Source: Bacilli bacterium (lineage in GTDB: Bacteria > Bacillota_I > Bacilli_A > RF39 > UBA660). From it: a stretch of 64,000 bases of DNA. How positions within the stretch are numbered: position 1 is the first letter of the stretch; each line of letters starts with the position of its first letter. The notes under the pieces are model-generated. The model did no database searches, had not been told where the DNA came from, and saw only the letters and a program-made list of their open reading frames with translations. Below are positions 1-9,317 of this stretch, in pieces. The DNA lies in contig CAADYO010000009.1 in assembly GCA_900753325.1 (NCBI GenBank), positions 2,333 to 66,332 of the forward strand, given 5' to 3'. The translations under genes were made by a program, and so were the position numbers.

Positions 1-1283
1 CCTTTTTCATAACGTTCTTTAACGAAACTAATTATAGCTTTATATTTTGCCTCTTTTGTAGCATAAACTAAATCTGGTGCATCTATACGGATTACTGGTC
101 TATTAGTAGGAATTTCAATAACATACATGTTATATATATTTCTAAATTCTTCTTCTTCAGTTTTTGCAGTACCTGTCATACCAGATAATTTTTTATACAT
201 TCTGAATAAGTTTTGGAAAGTGATAGTTGCAAGAGTCTTAGTTTCTTGATTTATTGTTACACCCTCTTTAGCTTCTATTGCTTGGTGTAGACCATCTGAA
301 TAAGCTCTTCCTTTCATTAAACGTCCAGTGAACTGATCAACTATTATAACTTCATCATCTTGAACTACATAGTCAACGTCTCTTTTCATTGAATAGTTAG
401 CCCGTAGAGCTTGATTTATATAATGTAGTAGTCCGGCATTTTCTATTTCATATAAATTTTTAATGTTGAATGCCTTCTCTGCTTTATCTGATCCTTCTTC
501 TGTTAAATTAACACTTTTGGTTTTTTCATCATAAATAAAGTCCTTTTCATCTTTCAAACTCTTAGCAAAACGGTCTGCATCGATATATAAATTAGCACTT
601 TTCATTTCTCCACCGGAAATAATTAAAGGTGTTCTGGCCTCATCAATTAAGACAGAATCAACTTCATCAATAATGGCAAAATTTAATTTTCTTTGAACAC
701 GATCTTCTTTATGAACAACCATGTTATCTCTTAAATAGTCAAAACCTATTTCATTATTTGTTGAGTATAAAATATCACAGTTATATGCTTCTTGCTTTTC
801 TTTTGGGGTTAGGTCTCTTGTATTAACACCAACCGTTAGTCCTAAAAATTCATGTATTTTTCCCATCCAATTGGCATCACGTGTAGCTAGATATTCATTT
901 ACAGTAATAATATGTACGCCTTCACCAGTTAAGGCATTTAAATATGCTGGTAAAACACTTGTTAATGTTTTTCCCTCACCAGTCTTCATTTCAGCTATAT
1001 TTCCATAGTGAATAGCAAGTCCGCCTAATATTTGAACATAAAAGTGCTTTTCGCCAATTACACGAAATGCAGCTTCACGAGCTGTTGCAAAAGCCTCAAC
1101 TAAAATATCATCAAGGGTTTCTCCATCTCTTAATCGATTTTTAAATTCTTCTGTTTTGTTCTGTAATTCTGTGTCTGTTAATTTTGAATATTCATCCTCT
1201 AAAGCCATTACCTTATCTGCTAAAGTAGTAAACTTTTTCATTTCTTTATATTCGTGATCGAATAATTTCCTTAAAAGGTTCAT
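1..1283 (-). CDS. secA: Preprotein translocase ATPase SecA (N-terminal part; gene runs off the window)
   Basis: Minus-strand translation from ATG at 1283 gives [14 protein letters not shown]... with the SecA motor-domain signature (Walker [25 protein letters not shown]). No stop occurs before position 1. Confidence 0.85.
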   Translation of the reverse strand, partial: MNLLRKLFDHEYKEMKKFTTLADKVMALEDEYSKLTDTELQNKTEEFKNRLRDGETLDDILVEAFATAREAAFRVIGEKHFYVQILGGLAIHYGNIAEMKTGEGKTLTSVLPAYLNALTGEGVHIITVNEYLATRDANWMGKIHEFLGLTVGVNTRDLTPKEKQEAYNCDILYSTNNEIGFDYLRDNMVVHKEDRVQRKLNFAIIDEVDSVLIDEARTPLIISGGEMKSANLYIDADRFAKSLKDEKDFIYDEKTKSVNLTEEGSDKAEKAFNIKNLYEIENAGLLHYINQALRANYSMKRDVDYVVQDDEVIIVDQFTGRLMKGRAYSDGLHQAIEAKEGVTINQETKTLATITFQNLFRMYKKLSGMTGTAKTEEEEFRNIYNMYVIEIPTNRPVIRIDAPDLVYATKEAKYKAIISFVKERYEK

Positions 1284-1374
1284 TCTATCAGCTCCTTCAA
1301 CTTATTATTTTATCAAAAAAAAAGAAAGAATAAAAGTAATATGCTTATTTTCTTCCTTTTTTATGTCTTTTTAT

Positions 1375-1905
1375 TTATTCTGATTCAATAACTCCATAGT
1401 TACCATCATTTCTCTTGTACACAACAGCAGCTTTATTACTTTCACTGTCTTTATACATATAGAATTGGTGTCCAAGTAATTCCATTTGAAGAATTGCTTC
1501 TTCTTCATTCATTGGTTTTACTTCTACCTTTTTTCTTTTTACAATTTTGTTTTCATCTACACTTTTATCTATTTCTATTTCACTAATGTCAAAATCATAG
1601 TTTGTCTTAACTTGTTTTGATAACATTCTTGTTTTATTTTTTCTAATTTGTCTTTCTAAGGTATCAAGAGCTTTATCTACAGCAGCATAAAAGTCATCTT
1701 TTGTTTCTTCAGCCCTTATAATATAATTTTTTAACGGAATAGTAATTTCTACTCGTTGCTCATGGTTTTTTACTTTAACTATAATATTTGCGCGAACTTC
1801 ATCGCTATCCTTTAGATACTTTTCTAGTTTTCCTAGCTTCTCTTCAATATAATCATGCATAGCATCAGTAATTTTAAGTTTGTCTCCACGTATAATAATT
1901 TCCAT
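1375..1905 (-). CDS. hpf: Ribosome hibernation promoting factor (long form, HPF/YvyD)
   Basis: 176 aa; MEIIIRGDKLKITDAMHDYIEEKLGKLEKYL matches the N-terminal S30AE/HPF domain and the long C-terminal dimerisation domain. It sits next to secA as in Bacillus. Confidence 0.85.
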   Translation of the reverse strand: MEIIIRGDKLKITDAMHDYIEEKLGKLEKYLKDSDEVRANIIVKVKNHEQRVEITIPLKNYIIRAEETKDDFYAAVDKALDTLERQIRKNKTRMLSKQVKTNYDFDISEIEIDKSVDENKIVKRKKVEVKPMNEEEAILQMELLGHQFYMYKDSESNKAAVVYKRNDGNYGVIESE

Positions 1906-1959
1906 ATATATCTTTCCTCCTTATACTTGAATTATATCACATTTCAGTAAAAAAAACTA

Positions 1960-2181
1960 CTACTTTGCAGTAGTAGTCTCTTTTACTAGTTTTACGTTTA
2001 TTGCTTGATAACCTTTACTGGTTTCTATAAGTTTAAACTCTACTAGTTGGCCTTCGGACAATGTTTTGTATCCTTCTATCTCAATTGCTGAGTAGTGAAC
2101 AAATATATCTTCATTCTCCTTAAATTCAATAAATCCATAACCCTTTTCATTATTGAACCATTTTACGCGACCAATCATCAT
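1960..2181 (-). CDS. Cold-shock protein (CspA family)
   Basis: [19 protein letters not shown] with RNP1/RNP2-like motifs, about 70 aa. A perfect 9-bp-stem hairpin (ACTACTACT..AGTAGTAGT) plus T-run immediately downstream (1963-1997, minus strand) acts as terminator. Confidence 0.9.
   Translation of the reverse strand: MMIGRVKWFNNEKGYGFIEFKENEDIFVHYSAIEIEGYKTLSEGQLVEFKLIETSKGYQAINVKLVKETTTAK
1963..1997 (-). terminator. Rho-independent terminator of csp
   Basis: On the minus strand, AAAAGAGACTACTACTGCAAAGTAGTAGTTTTTTTT: a 9-bp perfect stem followed by T8. Confidence 0.7.
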
Positions 2182-2352
2182 ACCTCTTACACCTCACATT
2201 TCTACCATTGTCTTCTTGGTGATTTTATTCTAGCAAAAATAAAGCGCATTTTGACATTACTTCCGTAACTTGTATCTGTACGGACATTAATTGTTGAAAA
2301 TCCTCTTTTTTCGACAAAATTCGAGTTTTTTATATTTAAAAAATACTTTATA

Positions 2353-2389
2353 TAGATTAAAAATTTAAAATAAATTTTTAATCTTATAA
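2353..2389 (+). promoter_or_regulatory. Candidate agrBD promoter region with a 13-bp inverted repeat abutting the -10
   Basis: AGATTAAAAATTT-aaaat-AAATTTTTAATCT (2353-2383) is a perfect 13-bp inverted repeat. It is immediately followed by TATAAT (2384-2389), about 20 nt upstream of the agrB ATG. All-AT composition lowers its significance. Confidence 0.3.
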
Positions 2390-2408
2390 TATAGTTGTGA
2401 GGTGAAAT

Positions 2409-3005
2409 ATGAAAAAAGCATTTCTAGAGTCATCTTTAAGTTTTATTCAAAATTATAAAGATTTTTCTGAACATGATATTGATAAGTTACGATATGGCTT
2501 GGAAGGCATTTATCTAACAATTGAAAAACTTGTAGTGATTGTTGCTGTTAGTTTATTACTGGGTATATTAAAAGAAGTTGTTATAACTTTGGTTTTGTTT
2601 AATATCATTCGTTTTACTGGATTTGGTTTCCATGCCGAAAAAAGTATTCAATGCTTATTTATTTCATTATTTCAATTTGTCTTTGTTCCATATATTTTTA
2701 TTAGCTTACATATATCTAAATATGTTATGTTAGCTATTTGTGGAATTTGTATTATTAGTTACATATTATTTGCTCCTGCTGATACTATTAAAAGACCATT
2801 ACCAAATAAAAGAAAAAGAACCATTCGCAAATGGGCAACTGTTTTGACTGGTATTATCTATACATTAATAATAGCGTTTTTCAATTCATTTTTAACACCA
2901 TTGTTATTAAGTTCATTAATCATTGAAGCTATTGTTATTAATCCTTTACTTTATATGGCATTTAATCAACCATATAATAATTATAGGAACTACGTTCAGG
3001 CTTAA
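2409..3005 (+). CDS. agrB: AgrB-family accessory gene regulator protein B (AgrD-processing membrane cysteine endopeptidase)
   Basis: 198 aa polytopic membrane protein. GFGFHAEKSIQCLFIS places His and Cys 7 residues apart, as the catalytic H77/C84 pair of staphylococcal AgrB. It is followed by an AgrD-like peptide gene and flanked by an AgrC/AgrA-like two-component pair. Confidence 0.8.
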   Translation: MKKAFLESSLSFIQNYKDFSEHDIDKLRYGLEGIYLTIEKLVVIVAVSLLLGILKEVVITLVLFNIIRFTGFGFHAEKSIQCLFISLFQFVFVPYIFISLHISKYVMLAICGICIISYILFAPADTIKRPLPNKRKRTIRKWATVLTGIIYTLIIAFFNSFLTPLLLSSLIIEAIVINPLLYMAFNQPYNNYRNYVQA

Positions 3006-3050
3006 AATATCTAATATTTTAGCATAAATTAAAAAAGGAGGACAAATATT

Positions 3051-3173
3051 TTGAAAAGTAAAATCGCGTATTTACTATCAGCAATCGCAATGTTAGCTAC
3101 AGGAGCAGCTAGTTTAGGATGTATTTGGTTTCTTGTTGATGAACCTAAAGCTATGAAAAGTCTTTGTGATTAA
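3051..3173 (+). CDS. agrD: AgrD-like autoinducing-peptide precursor (40 codons, TTG start)
   Basis: Not in the ORF track (shorter than 60 aa). RBS AAAAAGGAGGA lies 7 nt upstream of TTG 3051. Translation: MKSKIAYLLSAIAMLATGAASLGCIWFLVDEPKAMKSLCD. It has an N-terminal amphipathic leader, a Cys followed by four hydrophobic residues (CIWFL, the thiolactone-ring geometry of staphylococcal AIPs), then an acidic D-E-P-K tail like the conserved AgrD C-terminal recognition motif. It lies directly after agrB. Confidence 0.7.
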   Translation: MKSKIAYLLSAIAMLATGAASLGCIWFLVDEPKAMKSLCD

Positions 3174-3176
3174 TTA

Positions 3177-3203
3177 AAAAGTGTCCTATTTAGACACTTT
3201 TTT
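3177..3203. terminator. Bidirectional intrinsic terminator between convergent agrBD and agrAC
   Basis: AAAAGTGTC-ctattta-GACACTTTT is a perfect 9-bp stem with A-run before and T-run after. It sits between the agrD stop (3173) and the agrC stop (3186). Confidence 0.65.
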
Positions 3204-4487
3204 CTTTATTGTAATTTCTTGAATATAATATTTGTCAATTACTTCTTGCCTTTGACTTAGCCAGGGATTTTCAGAAATTAGTTTAGAAGCAAAGTACAAA
3301 CCGTTACCATGCCCTGCACCTTTTGAGGAAACACCTTTCTTATTTCTTTCATTAAAGTTCTTAGTTTTTTTAAAAGTATTGGAGAAAACAAAAGTTACAT
3401 GATCTTTTATCTCATAAACTTCAACAAGAACTTTCTTTTTTCTTGTTTCACGAGCAGCTTCAATAGCGTTATCAAAATAAATGCCAATCAGTTGACATAA
3501 TATCTTAACATCTTTTTCAGGTAGTTTTGATAACAGCGAATGCAATTCTAGACTTACATCAACAGTTAGGTCTATTTTATTCTTTTGAGCAATGGCAGCT
3601 TTATAGTACATTAAGCCTTTGATTCCACCTTTAGGTAGTGATTTAAGTTGATGAACTACCTCGCCTTCTATATTAATACTATCTTCTAATATGTCATCAA
3701 TCTTATCTTTTACTTTCTTTTCAGAGGTAAGGCAGCGTAATACGGCTAATTGATTTTTGTACTCATGACGATTTAATTGTTCTTTTTCAATCCAATCCTC
3801 AAAGTTTTGAACATATGTAAACAAATTCTCATATTCTGAATTTAATTTTTCATAATTATTTTTACCCTTTATAAAAAAGTATGATAATAAAAAGAAAATT
3901 ATCATTATCGTAATATTTACATAATAATTTGATTCCCCGGCATTTACCATTGATACGTTTTGTCCTAATGAACTCAATCCAATAATTAGCAAAACCACAA
4001 ATAATATATTTGAAACCGATTTATTTCTCGAAATACTATTGTAGAAATTTTGTAACTGACGGAGAATAAGCTTTACTTTCAATGTAATCATGCCAAATAT
4101 TGCGACTAGAATATTGCTTAATATATATAAGTATCCAGTTGAGCGAATTTGTTTTAATGTAAAACATTTCATTAATAAAAATCCACTCATTAAATCACCA
4201 AATATTGTAAGCATCATTACTATTCCACAGGCTATAAGTGATTCTTCAACTTTTAGGTTAAACATTTCTTTATAAACAATAATTTGTAGTGCAAAAATTG
4301 CAATTGTTCCAATTCCTGCATATTCCTTTTTTGATATAAATATTGTTGCTAAGCATAATACTATAATCTGAATAATGGTTTTCGGGCTCAACACCTTTAT
4401 TTCACGATTTGTTATTTTTTCTATTACAAAAATCCCAAATATTGTCATTATCAATGCACATATTAATCTAGCGCAAACCTCTAACAT
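3186..4487 (-). CDS. agrC: AgrC-like membrane sensor histidine kinase (HPK10 family)
   Basis: 433 aa. The N-terminal about 200 aa is polytopic membrane sensor. H-box NRHEYKNQLAVL matches AgrC RHDYxN. The C-terminus has the GHKL ATPase (GAGHGNGLYFASKLI). It overlaps the upstream LytTR regulator by 20 nt. Confidence 0.8.
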   Translation of the reverse strand: MLEVCARLICALIMTIFGIFVIEKITNREIKVLSPKTIIQIIVLCLATIFISKKEYAGIGTIAIFALQIIVYKEMFNLKVEESLIACGIVMMLTIFGDLMSGFLLMKCFTLKQIRSTGYLYILSNILVAIFGMITLKVKLILRQLQNFYNSISRNKSVSNILFVVLLIIGLSSLGQNVSMVNAGESNYYVNITIMIIFFLLSYFFIKGKNNYEKLNSEYENLFTYVQNFEDWIEKEQLNRHEYKNQLAVLRCLTSEKKVKDKIDDILEDSINIEGEVVHQLKSLPKGGIKGLMYYKAAIAQKNKIDLTVDVSLELHSLLSKLPEKDVKILCQLIGIYFDNAIEAARETRKKKVLVEVYEIKDHVTFVFSNTFKKTKNFNERNKKGVSSKGAGHGNGLYFASKLISENPWLSQRQEVIDKYYIQEITIKKKVSK

Positions 4488-5199
4488 ATCTTTCTAACTC
4501 CTTTCTCTTTTCTCTAGCTACGGCTTCTAGCTTTTCATTGTTTTTAAAAGTTATTACATTTAACTTAGTATCATAATGTTCTACTTGTTCAACATTTACA
4601 TATAGGCTTCTACTACATTTTATAAAACGCTTATCTAATTCTTTAGCAATTGTACTTAAACTACCTGGCATATGATAATTTCCATTAATCGTTTTAATCA
4701 TACTTATCTTTGAGTCTTGAACTTTTTCAATATAAAGGATGTGTCTCAGTTCAATATTATATGAAACATTATGATAATTATACTTTATACTTTTAAACCT
4801 TTTATCATAATGCTTCATACATATTTGAAGGGCTTCCCTTAGTCTTTTTTCACAATTATCTAGTTTATTAATAAAGTCAACTAACATCAATCTTTTTCCT
4901 AGTGCTTCGTATTTAAATTCTGAGTATGCTGTTATTATCATTATCATTGATACCCAATCATCAAATTCTTCTCTTATTCTCCTTGCGGCATCTATACCTG
5001 AACCATTGGTTGTTTTTATATCTAGTAGATATATTTTAAAATCTTTTTCACTTTTTACAAACTCTTCCCATTTGTCTGTGTAGCCTCTGAATCTATATAT
5101 CTTATACTCTGCATCATTACTCATCATAAATTTATCAATTTCGCTTATATATTTCTTGGCTAAAATATCTTCATCTTCACATATTACAAAATTAATCAT
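4468..5199 (-). CDS. agrA: AgrA-like response regulator (receiver + LytTR DNA-binding domain)
   Basis: 243 aa. N-terminal receiver (MINFVICEDEDIL...LLDIKT). The C-terminal 100 aa have LytTR-like composition. It is translationally coupled to the histidine kinase. Confidence 0.75.
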   Translation of the reverse strand: MINFVICEDEDILAKKYISEIDKFMMSNDAEYKIYRFRGYTDKWEEFVKSEKDFKIYLLDIKTTNGSGIDAARRIREEFDDWVSMIMIITAYSEFKYEALGKRLMLVDFINKLDNCEKRLREALQICMKHYDKRFKSIKYNYHNVSYNIELRHILYIEKVQDSKISMIKTINGNYHMPGSLSTIAKELDKRFIKCSRSLYVNVEQVEHYDTKLNVITFKNNEKLEAVAREKRKELERYVRGLR

Positions 5200-5237
5200 T
5201 TTAACTCCTTATTTCCATATTTTTCCAGTTAATCAAG

Positions 5238-5268
5238 TTAAGTAAAAAGAGTACTATTACTTAGTACT
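5238..5268 (-). terminator. Intrinsic terminator downstream of tagO-like gene
   Basis: Minus-strand GGAGTACTAAGTAATAGTACTCTTTTTAC: a 9-bp stem followed by T-run. Confidence 0.5.
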
Positions 5269-5278
5269 CCTTTGTAAA

Positions 5279-6391
5279 CTATTTTTTATTTTTTTTATTT
5301 AATCCTAATTTTGATTCTATTTTTTTGGTTATTTGAGGTCTTTTATCAGAAATGATTGTTGTGTGGAAGACAAACCATAAAACAATAATCAATATAATTA
5401 TATATATTATTTTTCCTATGTATGGGTCTTTTAATGTATATAGTATTGAAGCAGCTGCAAAGAGTATGTTTATACTATAAATTATTAAAACTGTTGTCTT
5501 TTGTGAAAAATTCATACCTAATAATTGATGATGTAAATGTTCTTTGTCAGCCTGGAATGGTGGTTGCCTCTTTAGCAATCTTCTTATAATAGCAAATAGA
5601 GTATCTAGTATTGGTATTCCCAGTATTGTAACGGGAACGAAAAATGATATAAGTGCCGGGCCTTTAAATTCTAGGAGTGTTATAACCGCAATTATAAATC
5701 CCATAAAGGTTGCACAGTCACCAGCAAATATTTTTGCTGGATGAAAATTATGTAGTAAAAATCCCAATGTTGATCCTAGCATAATAAATGTTAATGTCAT
5801 TACCAGGCTTCCATATCTGCCTTGATAAAAACCAATTATGCCGATTGTTAAATAAAATATACTACATATTCCACCAGACAGTCCATCTAATCCATCAATT
5901 AAATTAATTATATTAGTACAGGCGACTATGAATAAAATAGTCAGTGGGTATGAGAAAATGCCAAAGTCAATGTAAAAACCAAACGCTGTTATTTTGTCTA
6001 AGCATATTCCACCATAAAAAGTTATTACTGCAGCTGCTGCTATATGTCCCAGCAGTTTCTGATATGGTTTTATTGGTTTTATATCATCAGTGATTCCGGT
6101 TAAAATAACAATAAAACTTCCTATCAGGATAGCATTCATTCTAATACTTTGCTCACCAAAGAGCATATAACCAAACAAAAAAGCTAAAAATATACCAACT
6201 CCTCCAAGTTTGGGAGTCGCTATTTTGTGAATATGTCTGTGCCCTTCTTCATTTCTTGGAATATCTATAGCTCCAATGTGAACGGCAACTTTTTTCATTA
6301 ATATCATTATTAATGCTGAAAAAAGAAATGTTACTAGTACAATTTTACTAGCAGCTAAAATTTGCGTTCTCATATATTTCACTTCTTTCAT
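5279..6391 (-). CDS. tagO: Glycosyltransferase family 4 (TagO/WecA-type UDP-GlcNAc:undecaprenyl-phosphate GlcNAc-1-P transferase)
   Basis: 370 aa with about 10 TM segments. MraY/WecA signatures DDIKPIKPYQKLLGHI and NIINLIDGLDGLSGG are present. Confidence 0.75.
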   Translation of the reverse strand: MKEVKYMRTQILAASKIVLVTFLFSALIMILMKKVAVHIGAIDIPRNEEGHRHIHKIATPKLGGVGIFLAFLFGYMLFGEQSIRMNAILIGSFIVILTGITDDIKPIKPYQKLLGHIAAAAVITFYGGICLDKITAFGFYIDFGIFSYPLTILFIVACTNIINLIDGLDGLSGGICSIFYLTIGIIGFYQGRYGSLVMTLTFIMLGSTLGFLLHNFHPAKIFAGDCATFMGFIIAVITLLEFKGPALISFFVPVTILGIPILDTLFAIIRRLLKRQPPFQADKEHLHHQLLGMNFSQKTTVLIIYSINILFAAASILYTLKDPYIGKIIYIIILIIVLWFVFHTTIISDKRPQITKKIESKLGLNKKNKK

Positions 6392-6459
6392 CTTTAATTA
6401 TACCAAATTTAGACATTTACGCAAGAATAAAAGATAAATTACAATAAAGAAAATAGCCA

Positions 6460-7458
6460 TTACTGCTGGCTATTTTCTAAGCTTTTAATATCATCAAGAA
6501 GAATTCCGGTACCTTCTGCAACACAAGTCAATGGGGATGAAGCTATTAAAATAGGTACTTTTATTTCTTGTTCAAACAGATTAATAAGTCCTTTTAACAA
6601 AGCACCACCACCAGTTAATACTATACCTTTTTCAACAATATCTGCTGATAGTTCTGGGTCTGCTTGCTCTAAAACATTGATTGTTTCTTTTATTATTTTG
6701 TTAGTACTTTCTTTCAAAGCTTCCGTTGTCTCTTCTTGACTTACTTCAATAGTAGATGGTAAACCTGTTATTAGATTTCTTCCTTTTACTTCTCTTTTTA
6801 GTTTTCTATTTGGTTTATAAGCTGTTGCAAAGTTGATTTTAATATCTTCTGCTGTCTTTTCACCTATTAATAATTTATACTTGTCTCTTATGTATCTCAC
6901 AATATCTTGGTCAAATACATTACCTGCTAATTTAATAGATGATGAAACTACAATGCCATTTAAGGATAAAATAGCTATGTCTGTTGTTCCACCACCAATA
7001 TCTACTACCATATTGGCTGTTGGTTTTGAAATATCCATACCAGCTCCTATTGCGGCAACTTTTGGTTCTTCTTCAATATATACCTTTCTAGCACCTGTGC
7101 GCTCTGCAGCTTCTTTTATGGCGTTTTTTTCTACTTGTGTAATATTAGTAGGACAACAAATAAGTATTCTTGGTCTAGAAAACAAATTCTTAACTTTTAT
7201 TTTTTTTATAAATTCATTTAGCATTATTTCTGTTACTTCAAAATCTGCTATTACACCATCTTTCATGGGTTTTATAGCTTTTATTTTACCTGGTGTTCTG
7301 CCTAGCATTTCTTTTGCCTCAGTACCTACGGCTATAACTCTTTTTGTATCTGTCTCTACAGCAACTATACTAGGTTCGTTTAATACTATTCCTTGGCCTT
7401 TTATATATATTAAAACATTAGCAGTCCCCAAGTCTATTCCTATGTCTTTAGCTAACAT
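6460..7458 (-). CDS. mreB: Rod-shape-determining actin homolog MreB/Mbl
   Basis: 332 aa. MLAKDIGIDLGTANVLIYIKGQGIVLNEPSIVAV and VVDIGGGTTDIAILS phosphate-binding motifs. Confidence 0.9.
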   Translation of the reverse strand: MLAKDIGIDLGTANVLIYIKGQGIVLNEPSIVAVETDTKRVIAVGTEAKEMLGRTPGKIKAIKPMKDGVIADFEVTEIMLNEFIKKIKVKNLFSRPRILICCPTNITQVEKNAIKEAAERTGARKVYIEEEPKVAAIGAGMDISKPTANMVVDIGGGTTDIAILSLNGIVVSSSIKLAGNVFDQDIVRYIRDKYKLLIGEKTAEDIKINFATAYKPNRKLKREVKGRNLITGLPSTIEVSQEETTEALKESTNKIIKETINVLEQADPELSADIVEKGIVLTGGGALLKGLINLFEQEIKVPILIASSPLTCVAEGTGILLDDIKSLENSQQ

Positions 7459-7554
7459 TATAGGTCACATTCCTTTCATATTTATTTTATCATAACTTTT
7501 ACTTATAATATATTATTCTTATTATTTTTTTATTAAAAAAAGAGTAATATAGTA

Positions 7555-8190
7555 TTACTCTTCAGTCTTTGATAATTCTTTATCTAAATAAAGTGTAGGA
7601 TCAACTATTTGACCATTAGCATAAAATTCAAAATGTAAGTGATTTCCCATCTCTTTATCTAATTCATTAGTACCAGATTTACCAATTGTTTGTCCTTGAT
7701 TAATACTATCACCTTTTTTTACCGAAACTTCAGATAAGCTCTGATATACTGAAACATAACCATTATCATGCTTTACTTGAACTGTTTTTCCTAAACTTTC
7801 ATTATCACTTACGTCAGCAACTGTTCCTGGTAAAACAGCAATTACTTCAAATACATTTTGACTTATAAAATCAATTCCTGAATTTTGTAAGTATGTATTA
7901 TCATGATAGATTATAGATTTTTCTTGTTGTTCTTTTGTACCTTTATAATCATAAAAGTATTTTCCTATTGTTACTGATGGATCAGTATATGGATTTGAAA
8001 CTTTAGTACTAGTATTAATAACTGCTACATCATTATTTAAAATAGTACTTGTTACGTAGTCAACATTACTTAATTGATCATTTGCTTTACCAGATTCTTT
8101 CATACTAATTATACTTGCAAATACTCCAACTATTATTAAAAATGTTGCTATACTCGGTATTACAAAGGGTTTTAATTTTCTTTTTACCAT
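7555..8190 (-). CDS. Membrane-anchored M23/LytM-family metalloendopeptidase (SpoIIQ-like position next to mreB/mbl)
   Basis: 211 aa with an N-terminal TM segment. C-terminal LytM domain has an intact HLHFEFYANGQIVDP motif (HxH). Confidence 0.7.
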   Translation of the reverse strand: MVKRKLKPFVIPSIATFLIIVGVFASIISMKESGKANDQLSNVDYVTSTILNNDVAVINTSTKVSNPYTDPSVTIGKYFYDYKGTKEQQEKSIIYHDNTYLQNSGIDFISQNVFEVIAVLPGTVADVSDNESLGKTVQVKHDNGYVSVYQSLSEVSVKKGDSINQGQTIGKSGTNELDKEMGNHLHFEFYANGQIVDPTLYLDKELSKTEE

Positions 8191-8240
8191 TTTTTCACCT
8201 CATTATAAGTTTTTACAAAAAAAAAAGATTTATACTTCTT

Positions 8241-8438
8241 TTAAAAATTTTTTCCAGAAGTGAATAAATCCATTATAAAGTTTGTTACTAAATAAATCAT
8301 TGAAATTCCTAGTAAAAAGTAAAAAACACGAGCTTGGGCAATTTTATTTTTTTTAAAAATTTGATTTATATTTACAGAGTCAAGTGCCCAAATAACTATA
8401 ATTGTTACAGCTATATATAGAAAAAATTTTCCTGACAT
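8241..8438 (-). CDS. Small two-TM membrane protein, unknown function
   Basis: 65 aa hydrophobic ORF that abuts rpiB (its start and the rpiB stop share position 8438). No recognisable motif. Confidence 0.35.
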   Translation of the reverse strand: MSGKFFLYIAVTIIVIWALDSVNINQIFKKNKIAQARVFYFLLGISMIYLVTNFIMDLFTSGKNF

Positions 8439-8881
8439 TAATGACTTTCCTCATAGGCTTTTATTTTATTGATTCTGCGATTATGTTTTTCTAAATTTGA
8501 AAATTTTGTATTTATAAAAGTTTTTACTATTTCTAGGGCTTCTTCAAAACTTGTTTTTTCACCAAATGCTACTATATTAGAATCATTATCTATTCTTGTT
8601 ACCTCAGCTTCTTCTTTTGTTGTAACTTTAGCACAGCGTACTCCTTTTACTTTATTGCAGGCTATACTTATACCAATTCCTGAACCACAGATTGCTACTC
8701 CATAATCTACATTTTTATTTACAACGTTTTCTCCTAGTATAAAAGCATAATCAGGATAGTCTGTTGATTCTTTAGAATTAGTTCCATAGTCTATTACTTC
8801 ATAATTTTCTTTTATTAAGGCTTCTTTTAATTTTTCTTTTAATTCGTAACCTCTATGGTCACTAGCAATTCCTATTTTCAT
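8438..8881 (-). CDS. rpiB: Ribose-5-phosphate isomerase B (RpiB/LacAB family)
   Basis: 147 aa; MKIGIASDHRGYELKEKLKEAL...GSGIGISIACNKVKGVRCA. Confidence 0.85.
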   Translation of the reverse strand: MKIGIASDHRGYELKEKLKEALIKENYEVIDYGTNSKESTDYPDYAFILGENVVNKNVDYGVAICGSGIGISIACNKVKGVRCAKVTTKEEAEVTRIDNDSNIVAFGEKTSFEEALEIVKTFINTKFSNLEKHNRRINKIKAYEESH

Positions 8882-9038
8882 TTTTATTTCTCCTTGAATT
8901 TAATTTTTGAAATGACCTGGTGTTTATAAATAATTATATTCCAAATTCATATGTTAGTATCATTTCATAATGGAAAAATATTAATAACTTGTGGTATTCT
9001 TCCTATTTGAATATATCATAAAAGCAAAATAAAAGCTA

Positions 9039-9257
9039 CTATTTAGCAGCTTCTGTTTGATTTAGACCATATTTCCTATTAAATTTGTCAACTCTACCAG
9101 CACGAGATGCTCTACTTTGTTTTCCTGTATAGAATGGATGACATTTTGAACAAACTTCTACACTGATTTCTGGTTTTGTAGATTTAACAGTAAATGTTTC
9201 TCCACATGCACATGTAACTTTACAATCTACCATTTCTGGATGTATATCTTTTTTCAT
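9039..9257 (-). CDS. rpmE: 50S ribosomal protein L31 (Zn-ribbon type A)
   Basis: 72 aa; [22 protein letters not shown]...[10 protein letters not shown] contains both CxxC pairs. Confidence 0.9.
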   Translation of the reverse strand: MKKDIHPEMVDCKVTCACGETFTVKSTKPEISVEVCSKCHPFYTGKQSRASRAGRVDKFNRKYGLNQTEAAK

Positions 9258-9317
9258 ACTATCTCTCCTTCCGCCATGACAACACTTGTCATAGTAATTA
9301 AATGCGTTATTAGTATA

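Noticed and set aside
6833-7495. 220-aa plus-strand ORF antisense to mreB, and similar antisense or alternative-frame ORFs (for example 5544..5744, 11109..11468, 12403..12702, 31019..31312, 34032..34418, 36039..36410, 42882..43193, 43405..43737)
   Set aside because: They lie entirely within well-supported genes on the opposite strand. They have low-complexity or hydrophobic composition typical of antisense frames in AT-rich DNA. They have no RBS and no recognisable motifs.
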